Translations under genes and position numbers: made by a program
Shown: one piece after another, positions 43,265-52,098 of the stretch
Layout of the letters: each line of letters opens with the position of its first letter
Numbering within the stretch: position 1 is the stretch's first letter
Assembly (NCBI GenBank): GCA_043806915.1
Contig: JAZDGM010000102.1
Location: 4,476 to 68,475 of the forward strand
Length of the DNA stretch: 64,000 nucleotides
Reading direction: 5' to 3'
DNA from: Pseudomonadota bacterium
GTDB taxonomy: Bacteria > Desulfobacterota > Desulfarculia > Adiutricales > JAGVGV01
Notes under the pieces: generated by a model
What the model saw: the letters and a program-made list of their open reading frames with translations, nothing else
Told to the model about the DNA's origin: nothing
Database searches by the model: none

Positions 43265-43268
43265 GGGG

Positions 43269-43934
43269 CTAGCCGATGGCCGGATTGGAGAGTCCGAAGT
43301 TTTCCAGGGACCGGTCCAGGGGCGAGACTTTGACTCTACGACCCTCGACGGTAAGTCGCCCCTCGGCGAACAGCTTCACCGCCTGGGGGTAGATGCGATG
43401 TTCCTGCCTCAGGATGCGGGCCGCGAGGGCCTCGTCGTCGTCTTCGTCCAGGACCGGAACCACCGCCTGGATGATGATCGGTCCGGTGTCCATGCCTTCA
43501 TCGACGAAATGGACGGTGCAGCCGGAGAATTTGACGCCGTGCCGGATTTGGTCGCCCCAGACATGGGTCCCGGGAAAGGACGGCAAAAGGGCCGGGTGGA
43601 TGTTCATGACCCGGTCGGGAAAGGCCTTGAGAAATTCCCGCGACAACAGTCTCATGAAACCGGCCAGGACCACCAGGTCGACCTCCCGTTCCCGTAAAAT
43701 CTCCACCAAGCGGGCGTCGAAGGACTCGCGGGAAGGAAAGTTACGGTGATTGACCAGCAGGTTTTCGATGCCGTGTTTTTCCGCCCGCACCAGCCCATGC
43801 GCCTCGGGTTGGTTCGAGATAACCACGGCGATGGAAGCCGGGATATTCCCCGCTTCAATGTGGTCGATGATGGACTGGAGATTGGAGCCGCCTCCGGAAA
43901 CCAGCACGCCCAACTTGATTCGTTTCATGGTCAT
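43269..43934 (-). CDS. purN: phosphoribosylglycinamide formyltransferase
   Basis: LGVLVSGGGSNLQSIID.., VVLAGFMRLLS..F....RVMNIHPALLPSFPG, SGCTVHFVDEGMDTGPIIIQ. Confidence 0.9.
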   Translation of the reverse strand: MTMKRIKLGVLVSGGGSNLQSIIDHIEAGNIPASIAVVISNQPEAHGLVRAEKHGIENLLVNHRNFPSRESFDARLVEILREREVDLVVLAGFMRLLSREFLKAFPDRVMNIHPALLPSFPGTHVWGDQIRHGVKFSGCTVHFVDEGMDTGPIIIQAVVPVLDEDDDEALAARILRQEHRIYPQAVKLFAEGRLTVEGRRVKVSPLDRSLENFGLSNPAIG

Positions 43935-43950
43935 CCCCCGGCGGTTCGAC

Positions 43951-45069
43951 TCAGACCAGAATCAGGGGCGGCGCCTCGGGTGGACGCTCCCTGATCTCGC
44001 CGATTATGAAAACCTGCTCGTTCATGCCCAAAAGGCGGTCCATCACTTCCTCGGCCTGGGCCGCGTGGACCATGAAGACCAAGCCGACGCCCATGTTGAA
44101 GGCCCGGAACATTTCCATTTCGTCTATATCGCCGGTCTCCTGGAGGAAGCGGAAGATGGGAGGCGTGGTCCACGAATTTTTCTTGATGACGGCCTGACAA
44201 CTCTGGGGAAGTATTCTGGGAATGTTATCGAGCAGTCCGCCGCCGGTTATGTGGGCGATGCCCAGGATTTTGAAGTCGCGCAGGAGCACGTGAATGACGT
44301 CGACGTAAATCCTGGTGGGTTTTAACAACTCCTCGGCGACGGTCCCGCCCAGGAGGGGATCGGAATGTTTAAGCCCCAGGTCGTCGAAGATGAGTCTGCG
44401 GACCAAGGTGTATCCGTTGCTGTGGAGGCCGCTGGAGGCCAAGCCGAAAATTTGGTCGCCCACGGCTATTTCGGACCCGTCGATAATTTGGTCCCGTTCC
44501 ACCACGCCGACCACGAAACCAGCCAAGTCGTATTCCCCGGAATGAAGGAATTCAGGCAATTCGGCGGTCTCGCCGCCGATCAGGGAACAGCGGCCCTCGA
44601 CGCATCCGGCCACGATGCCCTTCATTATTTCCTCGGCCAGATTGGGCTCGACCTTGCTCATGGCCAGGTAATCGAGGAAGAAAAGCGGTTTCGCGCCCTG
44701 GGCCAGGATATCGTTGACGCACATGGCCACCAGGTCGATGCCGATGGTGTCGTGTTTTCCGGCCAGGAAGGCCACTTTCAGCTTGCTGCCCACCCCGTCG
44801 GTGGAAGAAACCAGGACGGGGTTGTTGTACTTGGCCCCATCCAGGCTGTAGAGTCCGGAAAAACCGCCGATATCGGTGATAACCCGGGACGTGTGGGTTT
44901 GCTTGACCAGGGTTGTGATTCGGCGCACCACCTCGGCTCCGGCTTCGATGTCGACTCCCGCTTCCTTATAGGTTTGGGTTTTTTTTCTCGGAACGGGCGT
45001 GGGAGTCTTGTCTTTGTCTTTTACCCGGGCCCTAGCCGTTTTTTTGGGCGTCTCGTCTGTGGAATTCAT
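43951..45069 (-). CDS. purM: phosphoribosylformylglycinamidine cyclo-ligase (AIR synthetase) with a Lys-rich N-terminal extension
   Basis: ORF 43951..45114; ATG 45069. The core starts at TYKEAGVDIEAG..IGGFSGL.., with VSSTDGVGSKLKVA and GGETAE. The preceding ~33 aa (MNSTDETPKKTARARVKDKDKTPTPVPRKKTQ) has no counterpart in the E. coli PurM I remember. Confidence 0.9.
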   Translation of the reverse strand: MNSTDETPKKTARARVKDKDKTPTPVPRKKTQTYKEAGVDIEAGAEVVRRITTLVKQTHTSRVITDIGGFSGLYSLDGAKYNNPVLVSSTDGVGSKLKVAFLAGKHDTIGIDLVAMCVNDILAQGAKPLFFLDYLAMSKVEPNLAEEIMKGIVAGCVEGRCSLIGGETAELPEFLHSGEYDLAGFVVGVVERDQIIDGSEIAVGDQIFGLASSGLHSNGYTLVRRLIFDDLGLKHSDPLLGGTVAEELLKPTRIYVDVIHVLLRDFKILGIAHITGGGLLDNIPRILPQSCQAVIKKNSWTTPPIFRFLQETGDIDEMEMFRAFNMGVGLVFMVHAAQAEEVMDRLLGMNEQVFIIGEIRERPPEAPPLILV

Positions 45070-45210
45070 TGATCCCCTCAAAAAAAAGACAGCCCCTTTG
45101 GCCTGTCTTTTCATTTAATCTTAAGTATAATAATTAATCTTCCCAGGCGGATTTGTCAATTCGTTTGTTAACCTGGGGAAATAAATATTGTTTCGTGTGG
45201 TCAGCCATTT

Positions 45211-47322
45211 ATGATTCCGTTTTCTTTTTTTCCCGGCATGAGCCAGGGGATTCGCGCCGTCAAGGGCGTGGGACCCCAACTGGAGAAATCGCTTCGAAAA
45301 AGAGGCGTCAACACCCTGGAAGACCTTCTCTTCCTTACTCCCGTCCGCTACCAGGACCGCCGAGGCCTGGTTTCCATCGGGAATATGATCCCGGGGCTTG
45401 AAGCCATGGCCGCCGGGCGGATCGAAAGAGTCGGGGAGGGCCGGGTCCCGGAATCCAGCCGGCGTTTTTTTGAAATAATCATCGACGACGACTCCGGACA
45501 GTTGGGCGCGGTCTGGTTCAGCTTTCCGGTCCATCTTCGCCGGACCCTCCGCCCGGGGAGCCAGGTCCTGGTTTTTGGCGAGGTCGGGAAGTACAAGAAC
45601 TCGCTTCAGATGGTTCATCCCGAAATCACCCCTTGGGACGGGCGGACCATTCCGACGCCGGAAGTCCGTCCGGTTTACCCCCAAATGGAGGAGGTCAAGG
45701 CCGGCGCCCTGCGACGGGTTATCGAGGAGGTCCTGGAACGGTTAAAAGGAGCTCCGGGATTATTTCCCCCGTCCTGGCTGAGTCGTCACGACCTGACCGA
45801 CCCGACCGCGGCGCTGCAAACCATCCATCGACCTCCCGCCAACCGTCCCGGAGATATTCCCCGGCCGGAGGAGTCCCGGGCCTGGAAGTCCATGGCCCTG
45901 TTCGAACTGCTGTTCCCGCAGTTGTCCCTGGCCAGGTCCCGGGCCCGGCAAGCCGCGACTTCCGGCTGGTCCTTTCCCGAACAGTCGGAATTGTCCGCCC
46001 GCTTCATCGCCGGCTTGCCCTTTTCCCTTACCGCGGCCCAGAAAAAAGCCTGGTCGGAAATAGAACGAGACATGGCCGCGCCCCGGCCCATGAACCGACT
46101 CCTGCAAGGAGACGTCGGCTCGGGCAAGACCGTGGTGGCCCTGGCCGCGGTCCTGGCCGCGGTCGACGGCGGTCGGCAGGCCGCGGTGATGGCGCCCACG
46201 GAAATCCTGGCCCGTCAACATTTTTCCGTCTTCCGGGCCGCCGGGGAAAGGCTGGGCGCGAGGGTCGAATTGCTTGTGGGGGCCTTGCCGGAAGCCGAGA
46301 AAAACAGAATCAGGGCGGACACGGCCGCCGGGCGAACCAATATCCTGGTGGGGACGCAGTCCCTCATCTCCCCGGGCATGGAATACCAATCCCTGGGGCT
46401 CGGCGTGATCGACGAGCAGCACCGTTTCGGCGTGGCCCAGCGCCTGGCCTTGCGGGCCAAGTCGGACCATCCCGATATCCTCGTCATGACCGCCACGCCC
46501 ATTCCTCGATCCCTGGCCATGACCCTTTACGGAGACCTCGACGTGTCGATCATCGACCAGGCGCCTCCCGGGCGGAAGCCGGTGGTCACCCAGGTGTTCG
46601 ACCCGTCCGAGCGGTTGGAGGCCTATCGGAAATTGACCGAGGAAGTCCTGGCCGGCGCCCAGGCCTTTGTGGTGGCCCCGCGCATCGAATCCCGGGACGA
46701 CGACGGCGGGGACTCGTCCTCGGTCGAGGACTTGTTCCGGTTCGTCAGCCGGGAGGTCCTTCCCGGCATACCGTGCGGCCTGATGCACGGCCGCATGAAA
46801 CCGGAGGAGCAGGACCGGGTGATGGATGATTTTCGCCTGGGCCGCCTCAGGGTCCTGACCGCCACCACGGTCGTCGAGGTGGGCGTGGACGTGCCCGCGG
46901 CCTCGGTTATCCTGGTGGAGGGCGCCGAACGGTTCGGACTGGCCCAGTTGCATCAGCTCCGGGGCCGGGTCGGCCGGGGCGGGGACCGGCCGGCGTTCTG
47001 TTTTCTAGCGACCGGCGAGGCCGACGGGATTCCCGAGAGGCTCGGGCTCCTGGAAGCGACCACCGACGGCTTCTGGCTGGCCGAGGAAGACCTGCGGCTT
47101 CGCGGGCCGGGCGACGCGGCGGGGCTCAAGCAATCCGGGATGCCCCGCCTCGACTTCGCGGTCCTGCCGCGGGATTTACCCCTGTTGCTCCAGGCCCGGG
47201 ACCTGGCCGCCGAGATCGTCGCCGCGGACCCGGAACTAGATGACCCCGGGTTCAAATTAGTCAAGCAAGCGCTGGATATCCTGGAAGACCGCATCCGAAC
47301 CGACCTGGCCGACGTGGGTTGA
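45211..47322 (+). CDS. recG: ATP-dependent DNA helicase RecG
   Basis: IRAVKGVGPQLEKSLRKRGVNTLEDLLFLTPVRYQDRR wedge region. GDVGSGKTVVA, IDEQHRFGV and QLHQLRGRVGRG helicase motifs. The start could be the ATG at 45238. Confidence 0.95.
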   Translation: MIPFSFFPGMSQGIRAVKGVGPQLEKSLRKRGVNTLEDLLFLTPVRYQDRRGLVSIGNMIPGLEAMAAGRIERVGEGRVPESSRRFFEIIIDDDSGQLGAVWFSFPVHLRRTLRPGSQVLVFGEVGKYKNSLQMVHPEITPWDGRTIPTPEVRPVYPQMEEVKAGALRRVIEEVLERLKGAPGLFPPSWLSRHDLTDPTAALQTIHRPPANRPGDIPRPEESRAWKSMALFELLFPQLSLARSRARQAATSGWSFPEQSELSARFIAGLPFSLTAAQKKAWSEIERDMAAPRPMNRLLQGDVGSGKTVVALAAVLAAVDGGRQAAVMAPTEILARQHFSVFRAAGERLGARVELLVGALPEAEKNRIRADTAAGRTNILVGTQSLISPGMEYQSLGLGVIDEQHRFGVAQRLALRAKSDHPDILVMTATPIPRSLAMTLYGDLDVSIIDQAPPGRKPVVTQVFDPSERLEAYRKLTEEVLAGAQAFVVAPRIESRDDDGGDSSSVEDLFRFVSREVLPGIPCGLMHGRMKPEEQDRVMDDFRLGRLRVLTATTVVEVGVDVPAASVILVEGAERFGLAQLHQLRGRVGRGGDRPAFCFLATGEADGIPERLGLLEATTDGFWLAEEDLRLRGPGDAAGLKQSGMPRLDFAVLPRDLPLLLQARDLAAEIVAADPELDDPGFKLVKQALDILEDRIRTDLADVG

Positions 47323-47339
47323 TTTCATCCGCCCGGGCC

Positions 47340-47362
47340 GGGGCCTATGCCCCATTTTTTTT
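47340..47362 (+). terminator. terminator after recG
   Basis: GGGGC-CTAT-GCCCC followed by A and T8. The stem is short (5 bp). Confidence 0.55.
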
Positions 47363-47394
47363 AAAAAATCAGGCGAACCCGGTCGCCGGGGAAA

Positions 47395-47424
47395 TTGACA
47401 ACCAGCGGGACTTGGGCTTAAGAT
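47395..47424 (+). promoter_or_regulatory. sigma-70-like promoter of the aminotransferase-hom operon
   Basis: TTGACA (47395..47400), an 18-nt spacer, then TAAGAT (47419..47424). Lies about 50 nt upstream of the ATG at 47476. Confidence 0.5.
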
Positions 47425-47475
47425 CGAGTTTTTAGCCTTTTCGGGCGAGATATCATGGAGCGGTGAGGTTACAAA

Positions 47476-48654
47476 ATGTCGATGTTTGAATTCAGGAGGA
47501 TGTTGCGGCTTCCGCCCTACGTCTTCGCCACGGTCAACGAGCTGAAAACTTCCGCCCGTCGAGCTGGAGAGGACATTGTGGACCTTGGCATGGGCAATCC
47601 CGATTTGCCCACGCCTCAACATATTGTGGAGAAACTGGTGGAGGCCGCCTACAAGGGGACCAACCACCGGTACTCGGCTTCCAAGGGCATCACCAAGCTT
47701 CGTCACGCCATAGCTTCCTGGTACCGGCGGCGCTATGACGTCGACCTGGACCCGGATTCCGAGTGCGTCGTTTCCATCGGCGCCAAGGAGGGCCTGAGCC
47801 ACCTGGTCCTGGCCACCATCAGCCCCGGCGACGTGGTCCTGGCCCCCAACCCGACCTATCCGATCCATCCCTACTCGGTGATCATCGCCGGCGGGGACCT
47901 GCGCTCCGTCCCCGTGGCCCGGGACAGGGATTTTTTCGAGGACCTCCAGGTCGCCGTCCATCAAACCTGGCCGGCCCCCAAGATGCTGATCATTTCGTAC
48001 CCCCACAACCCCACCGGGGAAGTGGTGGAGCTGGACTTTTTCGAAAAAGTGGTGGCCTTCTGCAAGGACCACCAGATGCTGCTGATTCACGACCTCGCCT
48101 ACGCCGACCTCACCTTTGATGGCTACAAGGCCCCCAGCCTCCTGCAAGTCAAGGGCGCCAAGGATATCGGCGTGGAAATTTTTTCCATGTCCAAAAGCTA
48201 CAGCATGGCCGGATGGCGCGTCGGGTTCGTCTCGGGCAACCGGGAAATGGTCCAGGCCCTGACCAGGATCAAAAGCTACCTGGATTATGGAATGTTCCAG
48301 CCCATTCAGATCGCGGCGATCATCGCCCTGAACGAGGACCAGTCCTGCGTCAAGGAGATAACCGAAATTTACCGGGAGCGGCGGGACGTCCTGGTGACCG
48401 GGCTCAACCGGGTCGGCTGGGAAGTCGAATCGCCCAAGGGGACCATGTTTCTTTGGGCCAAGATTCCCGAGCGCTTCGCCCGCCTGGGATCGGTCGATTT
48501 CTGCAAGATGCTCATCCAGGAAGCCAAGGTGGCGGTGAGCCCCGGACTGGGATTCGGACAGTACGGCGAGGGCTACGTCCGGTTCGCCCTGGTGGAGAAC
48601 AATCACCGGATCAATCAGGCCATTCGCGGGTTGAGAAAGGTTTTTCAGTCATGA
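47476..48654 (+). CDS. class I/II PLP-dependent aminotransferase (AlaC/AspC-like)
   Basis: [68 protein letters not shown] (PLP lysine). Confidence 0.85.
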   Translation: MSMFEFRRMLRLPPYVFATVNELKTSARRAGEDIVDLGMGNPDLPTPQHIVEKLVEAAYKGTNHRYSASKGITKLRHAIASWYRRRYDVDLDPDSECVVSIGAKEGLSHLVLATISPGDVVLAPNPTYPIHPYSVIIAGGDLRSVPVARDRDFFEDLQVAVHQTWPAPKMLIISYPHNPTGEVVELDFFEKVVAFCKDHQMLLIHDLAYADLTFDGYKAPSLLQVKGAKDIGVEIFSMSKSYSMAGWRVGFVSGNREMVQALTRIKSYLDYGMFQPIQIAAIIALNEDQSCVKEITEIYRERRDVLVTGLNRVGWEVESPKGTMFLWAKIPERFARLGSVDFCKMLIQEAKVAVSPGLGFGQYGEGYVRFALVENNHRINQAIRGLRKVFQS

Positions 48655-49967
48655 AACCCACCAAGGTGGGCCTGATCGGTTGGGGAACGGTCGGGGCCGG
48701 AACGGCCCGGGTCCTGATCGAGGACCGGGCCCTGTTGGAAAAGAGGTTGGGGTGGCCCGTGGAACTGGTCAGGATCGCCGATCTCGACCTGACCACGCCC
48801 CGACCCTTTCCGGTGGACCCCGGTCTTTTAACCGTCAACGCGGCGGATATCCTGGATGACCCCGAAATCGACGTGGTGATCGAATTGATCGGGGGGTACG
48901 AACCGGCCCGGCGTTTCATTCTCCAGGCCCTGGCCTCGGGAAAACACGTCGTGACGGCCAACAAGGCCTTGTTGGCCGTCCATGGCCGGGAAATATTCGA
49001 GGCCGCCGCCAGGGCCGGCGTCGACGTGCTGTTCGAGGCCGCCGTCGGTGGCGGCATTCCGGTCATCCGGGCCCTCAAGGAGGGGTTGGCGGCGAATAAC
49101 GTGGAATACCTGTTTGGCATACTGAACGGGACCGCCAACTATATCCTGACCCAAATGACCGAGGAAGGCATGGACTTCCGCCAGGCCCTGGCCCTGGCCC
49201 AGGACTTGGGGTTCGCCGAGGCTGATCCGACCTTTGACGTGGAAGGCGTGGACACGGCCCATAAGCTGGTGCTGCTGACCGCCCTGGCCTACGGGCTGCG
49301 GGTCGACCTTGACCGGGTCCATGTGGAAGGCGTCAGCCGGCTCGCGCCCCTGGACATCGGCTTTGCGTCCGAGTTCGGCTACGTGATCAAGTTGTTGGCC
49401 ATTTCCGGGCGGGAAGGCGACCAGGTCGAGGCCCGGGTCCACCCGGCCATGCTGCCCAAGAAACACCTCCTGGCCGGCGTGGGCGGGGCCTATAACGCCA
49501 TAAACGTCAAGGGCGGCTCCGTGGGGGATATCCTGCTTTACGGCGCGGGCGCCGGGATGATGCCGACCGCCAGCGCGGTGGTCGGCGACGTGCTGGAACT
49601 GGCCCGGAGCATCAGGCAAAAAGCGCCCCGAAGGGTCCCCTACCTGGCCTGGCCCGAAGTGGCCGAGGAAGGCCCGGGGCTGCGGCTGCGTTCCATGGAC
49701 GATGTGATCACCAAGTATTATTTCCGCTTTTCCGCCTATGACCAGCCGGGGGTTTTGTCCAAGATTTCCGGCGTGCTCGGCGCCCACGGCATCAGCATAG
49801 CCTCCGTTATTCAAAAGGGCCGGGAAACCGCCGGGTCCGTCCCGGTGGTCATGCTGACCCACGAAGCCAAGGAAGCGGACGTCAAGGCCGCCCTGGCCGA
49901 GATCGACCGCCTGGAAGTGGTTTGCGACCAAACGGTGGTGATAAGGGTGGAGGACCGGTTGAGATGA
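48651..49967 (+). CDS. hom: homoserine dehydrogenase (with C-terminal ACT domain)
   Basis: ATGA overlap with the aminotransferase stop. [13 protein letters not shown], ..[32 protein letters not shown] and [16 protein letters not shown], followed by an ACT-like tail. Confidence 0.9.
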   Translation: MKPTKVGLIGWGTVGAGTARVLIEDRALLEKRLGWPVELVRIADLDLTTPRPFPVDPGLLTVNAADILDDPEIDVVIELIGGYEPARRFILQALASGKHVVTANKALLAVHGREIFEAAARAGVDVLFEAAVGGGIPVIRALKEGLAANNVEYLFGILNGTANYILTQMTEEGMDFRQALALAQDLGFAEADPTFDVEGVDTAHKLVLLTALAYGLRVDLDRVHVEGVSRLAPLDIGFASEFGYVIKLLAISGREGDQVEARVHPAMLPKKHLLAGVGGAYNAINVKGGSVGDILLYGAGAGMMPTASAVVGDVLELARSIRQKAPRRVPYLAWPEVAEEGPGLRLRSMDDVITKYYFRFSAYDQPGVLSKISGVLGAHGISIASVIQKGRETAGSVPVVMLTHEAKEADVKAALAEIDRLEVVCDQTVVIRVEDRLR

Positions 49968-51172
49968 AATACGTGGTTTTGGTGGGTGACGGGATGGGGG
50001 ATTACCCCATCCCCGAATTGGGAAACCGGACCATCCTGGAAGCGGCCCGGACCCCGAATATGGATTCCCTGGCCCGGGCCGGGTTCCTGGGGACGGCCCA
50101 GACCATTCCGGACGGCAAGGAAGCCGGCTCGGACGTCGCCAACATGTCCATCATGGGCTACGACCCGGTCCGAAACCATTCCGGCCGCGGCCCCCTGGAA
50201 GCGGGCAGCATGGGCGTGAAACTGGCCGGGGACGAACAGGCTTTCCGCCTCAATCTGGTCACCCTGGGCTTCGAGGGCGACCGGGTCTACATGCGGGACC
50301 ATAGCGCCGGTCACATCGGCACCGAGGACGCCGCCTTGCTGATCGACTATTTGGGGCGCAACCTGCCGCTGGTCGACCCGCGGCAAAGGCTTCACCCCGG
50401 GGTCAGCTACCGGCACCTCCTGGTCTGGCCCGGGCTGCGGGATGGACTGCCGACCATTCCGCCCCACGATTACCGGGATCGGGACGTTTCCGCTTACCTG
50501 AACGACCCTGACCCGGATTTCAAGCCGGTGCTCGATCTCATTCGAGCGTCCTGGCCTCTTTTGAAGGACCATCCGCTCAACCGGGAACGGGAAAGGAACG
50601 GGAAGCGTCCCGCCAATTCCATCTGGCCCTGGGGCCAGGGCCGCCCTCCGGCCATGGCCACGTACCGGGAACGGTTCAACGTCTCGGGCGCGGTGGTTTC
50701 GGCCGTGGACCTGATCAAGGGACTGGGGGTCTACGCCGGCTTGGAACCCCTGGAAGTGCCGGGCGCCACCGGGCTGGTGGATACCAACTTCGAGGGCAAG
50801 GTCGCGACGGCCCTTAAATCCTTGGAAACAGGGGATTACGTCCTGGTTCACGTGGAGGCGCCGGACGAGGCCGGACACCAGGGCGACACCGACGTCAAGG
50901 TCCGGGCGGTCGAGCTTTTCGACGAAAAAATCGTCGGCCCCATGCGGCGGGGACTTGAAAACCTGGGCGTTCCCTTCAGGATCATGGTGTTGTGCGATCA
51001 TTTCACCCCGATCGCGCTGAAGACTCATTCCCGGGAACCGGTTCCCTTCATTCTCTATCCCGGCGCCCCGCCCTCGGGACGTCCCTACACGGAAGCCGAG
51101 GCCGCCGCGGCCGGGCTGCACCTCGAGCAAGGCTTCATGTTGGCGGATTTGCTCTTCGGGAAGGAAAAATGA
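49964..51172 (+). CDS. ApgM-family (archaeal-type cofactor-independent phosphoglycerate mutase-like) metalloenzyme; possibly a non-canonical homoserine kinase
   Basis: ATGA overlap with the hom stop. YVVLVGDGMGDYPIPELGNRTILEAARTPNMDSLAR..GSDVANMSIMGYDP..GRGPLEA..VHVEAPDEAGHQGD matches ApgM/alkaline-phosphatase-superfamily motifs. Confidence 0.8.
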   Translation: MKYVVLVGDGMGDYPIPELGNRTILEAARTPNMDSLARAGFLGTAQTIPDGKEAGSDVANMSIMGYDPVRNHSGRGPLEAGSMGVKLAGDEQAFRLNLVTLGFEGDRVYMRDHSAGHIGTEDAALLIDYLGRNLPLVDPRQRLHPGVSYRHLLVWPGLRDGLPTIPPHDYRDRDVSAYLNDPDPDFKPVLDLIRASWPLLKDHPLNRERERNGKRPANSIWPWGQGRPPAMATYRERFNVSGAVVSAVDLIKGLGVYAGLEPLEVPGATGLVDTNFEGKVATALKSLETGDYVLVHVEAPDEAGHQGDTDVKVRAVELFDEKIVGPMRRGLENLGVPFRIMVLCDHFTPIALKTHSREPVPFILYPGAPPSGRPYTEAEAAAAGLHLEQGFMLADLLFGKEK

Positions 51173-51585
51173 CCGGCGTCGACGACTTCGTGGGACGGAC
51201 GACCTACCGCGTCCTGTACGGCGACGTGGACCAGATGGGCGTCCTTTATCACGCGAACTTTTTTCGGTTGTTCGAGCGGGGCCGGTCCGAGTACATCCGC
51301 GACCGGGGCCTGCCGTACCGGGAGATCGAGGAACGAGGCGCGGCCTTGCCCGTCACCGAGGCCCACGCCCATTACCACCGGCCCGTTCGGTACGACGACC
51401 TGATTGTGATCGAAACCGCGGTCGGCCTGGTGCGACGGGCCAGCATCCGCTTCGAGTACGAGTTGTACCGGCAAGAAAACGCCCTCGAATTGCTGGCCGA
51501 GGGCTGGACCCTGCACGCCTGCGTTTCCCCGGACGGAAAAGTCATCCGGCTGCCCGAGTATGTCCGGGAGCTTTTCGTCGGATAG
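51169..51585 (+). CDS. YbgC/4HBT-family acyl-CoA thioesterase
   Basis: ATGA overlap with the previous stop. TTYRVLYGDVDQMGVLYHANFFRLFERGRSEYIRDRGLPYREIEERG is the hot-dog fold 4HBT signature. Confidence 0.85.
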   Translation: MTGVDDFVGRTTYRVLYGDVDQMGVLYHANFFRLFERGRSEYIRDRGLPYREIEERGAALPVTEAHAHYHRPVRYDDLIVIETAVGLVRRASIRFEYELYRQENALELLAEGWTLHACVSPDGKVIRLPEYVRELFVG

Positions 51586-51607
51586 TATTATAGACGTAAA
51601 ACCAGCG

Positions 51608-51648
51608 CCGCCGGCTTCCGGGGTTCGTCCCGGACGCCGGCGGTTTTT
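51608..51648 (+). terminator. rho-independent terminator of the hom operon
   Basis: CCGCCGGC..(inner CCGGGG-TTCG-TCCCGG)..GCCGGCGG long hairpin followed by TTTTT. Confidence 0.8.
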
Positions 51649-51675
51649 ATTGGCGGGATTGTCGCCGGGCCGGAT

Positions 51676-52059
51676 TCAGGCCCGCCCTTCCTCCTCGGTC
51701 AATTGCAGGACCAGGGAGAAGAAGGTTTGCGGATCGAAGGCGGCGTCCTCCTCCGAGGAATTCAACGGATGGATGGCGGCCGCCTTCAAGACCGGGGCGG
51801 AAACAAGAATCGGCTCCGCGTCGCCCGGGATTTCCCCGGTCAGTACCCACCCCCTCATCCCCGGATGGTCGATCAATTTTTCCAGGGCCCTCAACCGGAA
51901 AAGAATGCCCATGATTTTTTGGGAATCCCCGGGAAAGAGCTTGTTAAGCCTGATGACGATTTTTTCGATGTCGCGCGGGCCCGCGAGGGCGCCGACTTCC
52001 TTGACCGCCGTCAGCATGTCCTCGAAGGGAATAGGCGCGGCGTTTTGATTAAGTTCCAA
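51676..52059 (-). CDS. hypothetical protein (127 aa) co-oriented 39 nt downstream of the purH-like gene
   Basis: TTG start with GAGG 6 nt upstream. Non-repetitive, balanced composition (..DMLTAVKEVGALAGPRDIEKIVIRLNKLFPGDSQKIMGILFRLRALEKLIDHPG..). I recognise no family motif. Confidence 0.5.
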   Translation of the reverse strand: MELNQNAAPIPFEDMLTAVKEVGALAGPRDIEKIVIRLNKLFPGDSQKIMGILFRLRALEKLIDHPGMRGWVLTGEIPGDAEPILVSAPVLKAAAIHPLNSSEEDAAFDPQTFFSLVLQLTEEEGRA

Positions 52060-52098
52060 GTAAAGCCTCGTGCAAACCGGCGTTGGAACCGGCTCGTG

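Noticed and set aside
45633-46953. ORFs 45633..46829 (plus, 398 aa) and 45760..46953 (minus, 397 aa) inside recG.
   Set aside because: These are out-of-frame and antisense shadows. The recG frame carries the helicase motifs.
47257-51130. Three long minus-strand ORFs (47257..48606, 48828..49931, 49811..51130) spanning the aminotransferase, hom and ApgM-like genes.
   Set aside because: They are antisense shadows with G/D/R/P/H-rich composition and no motifs.
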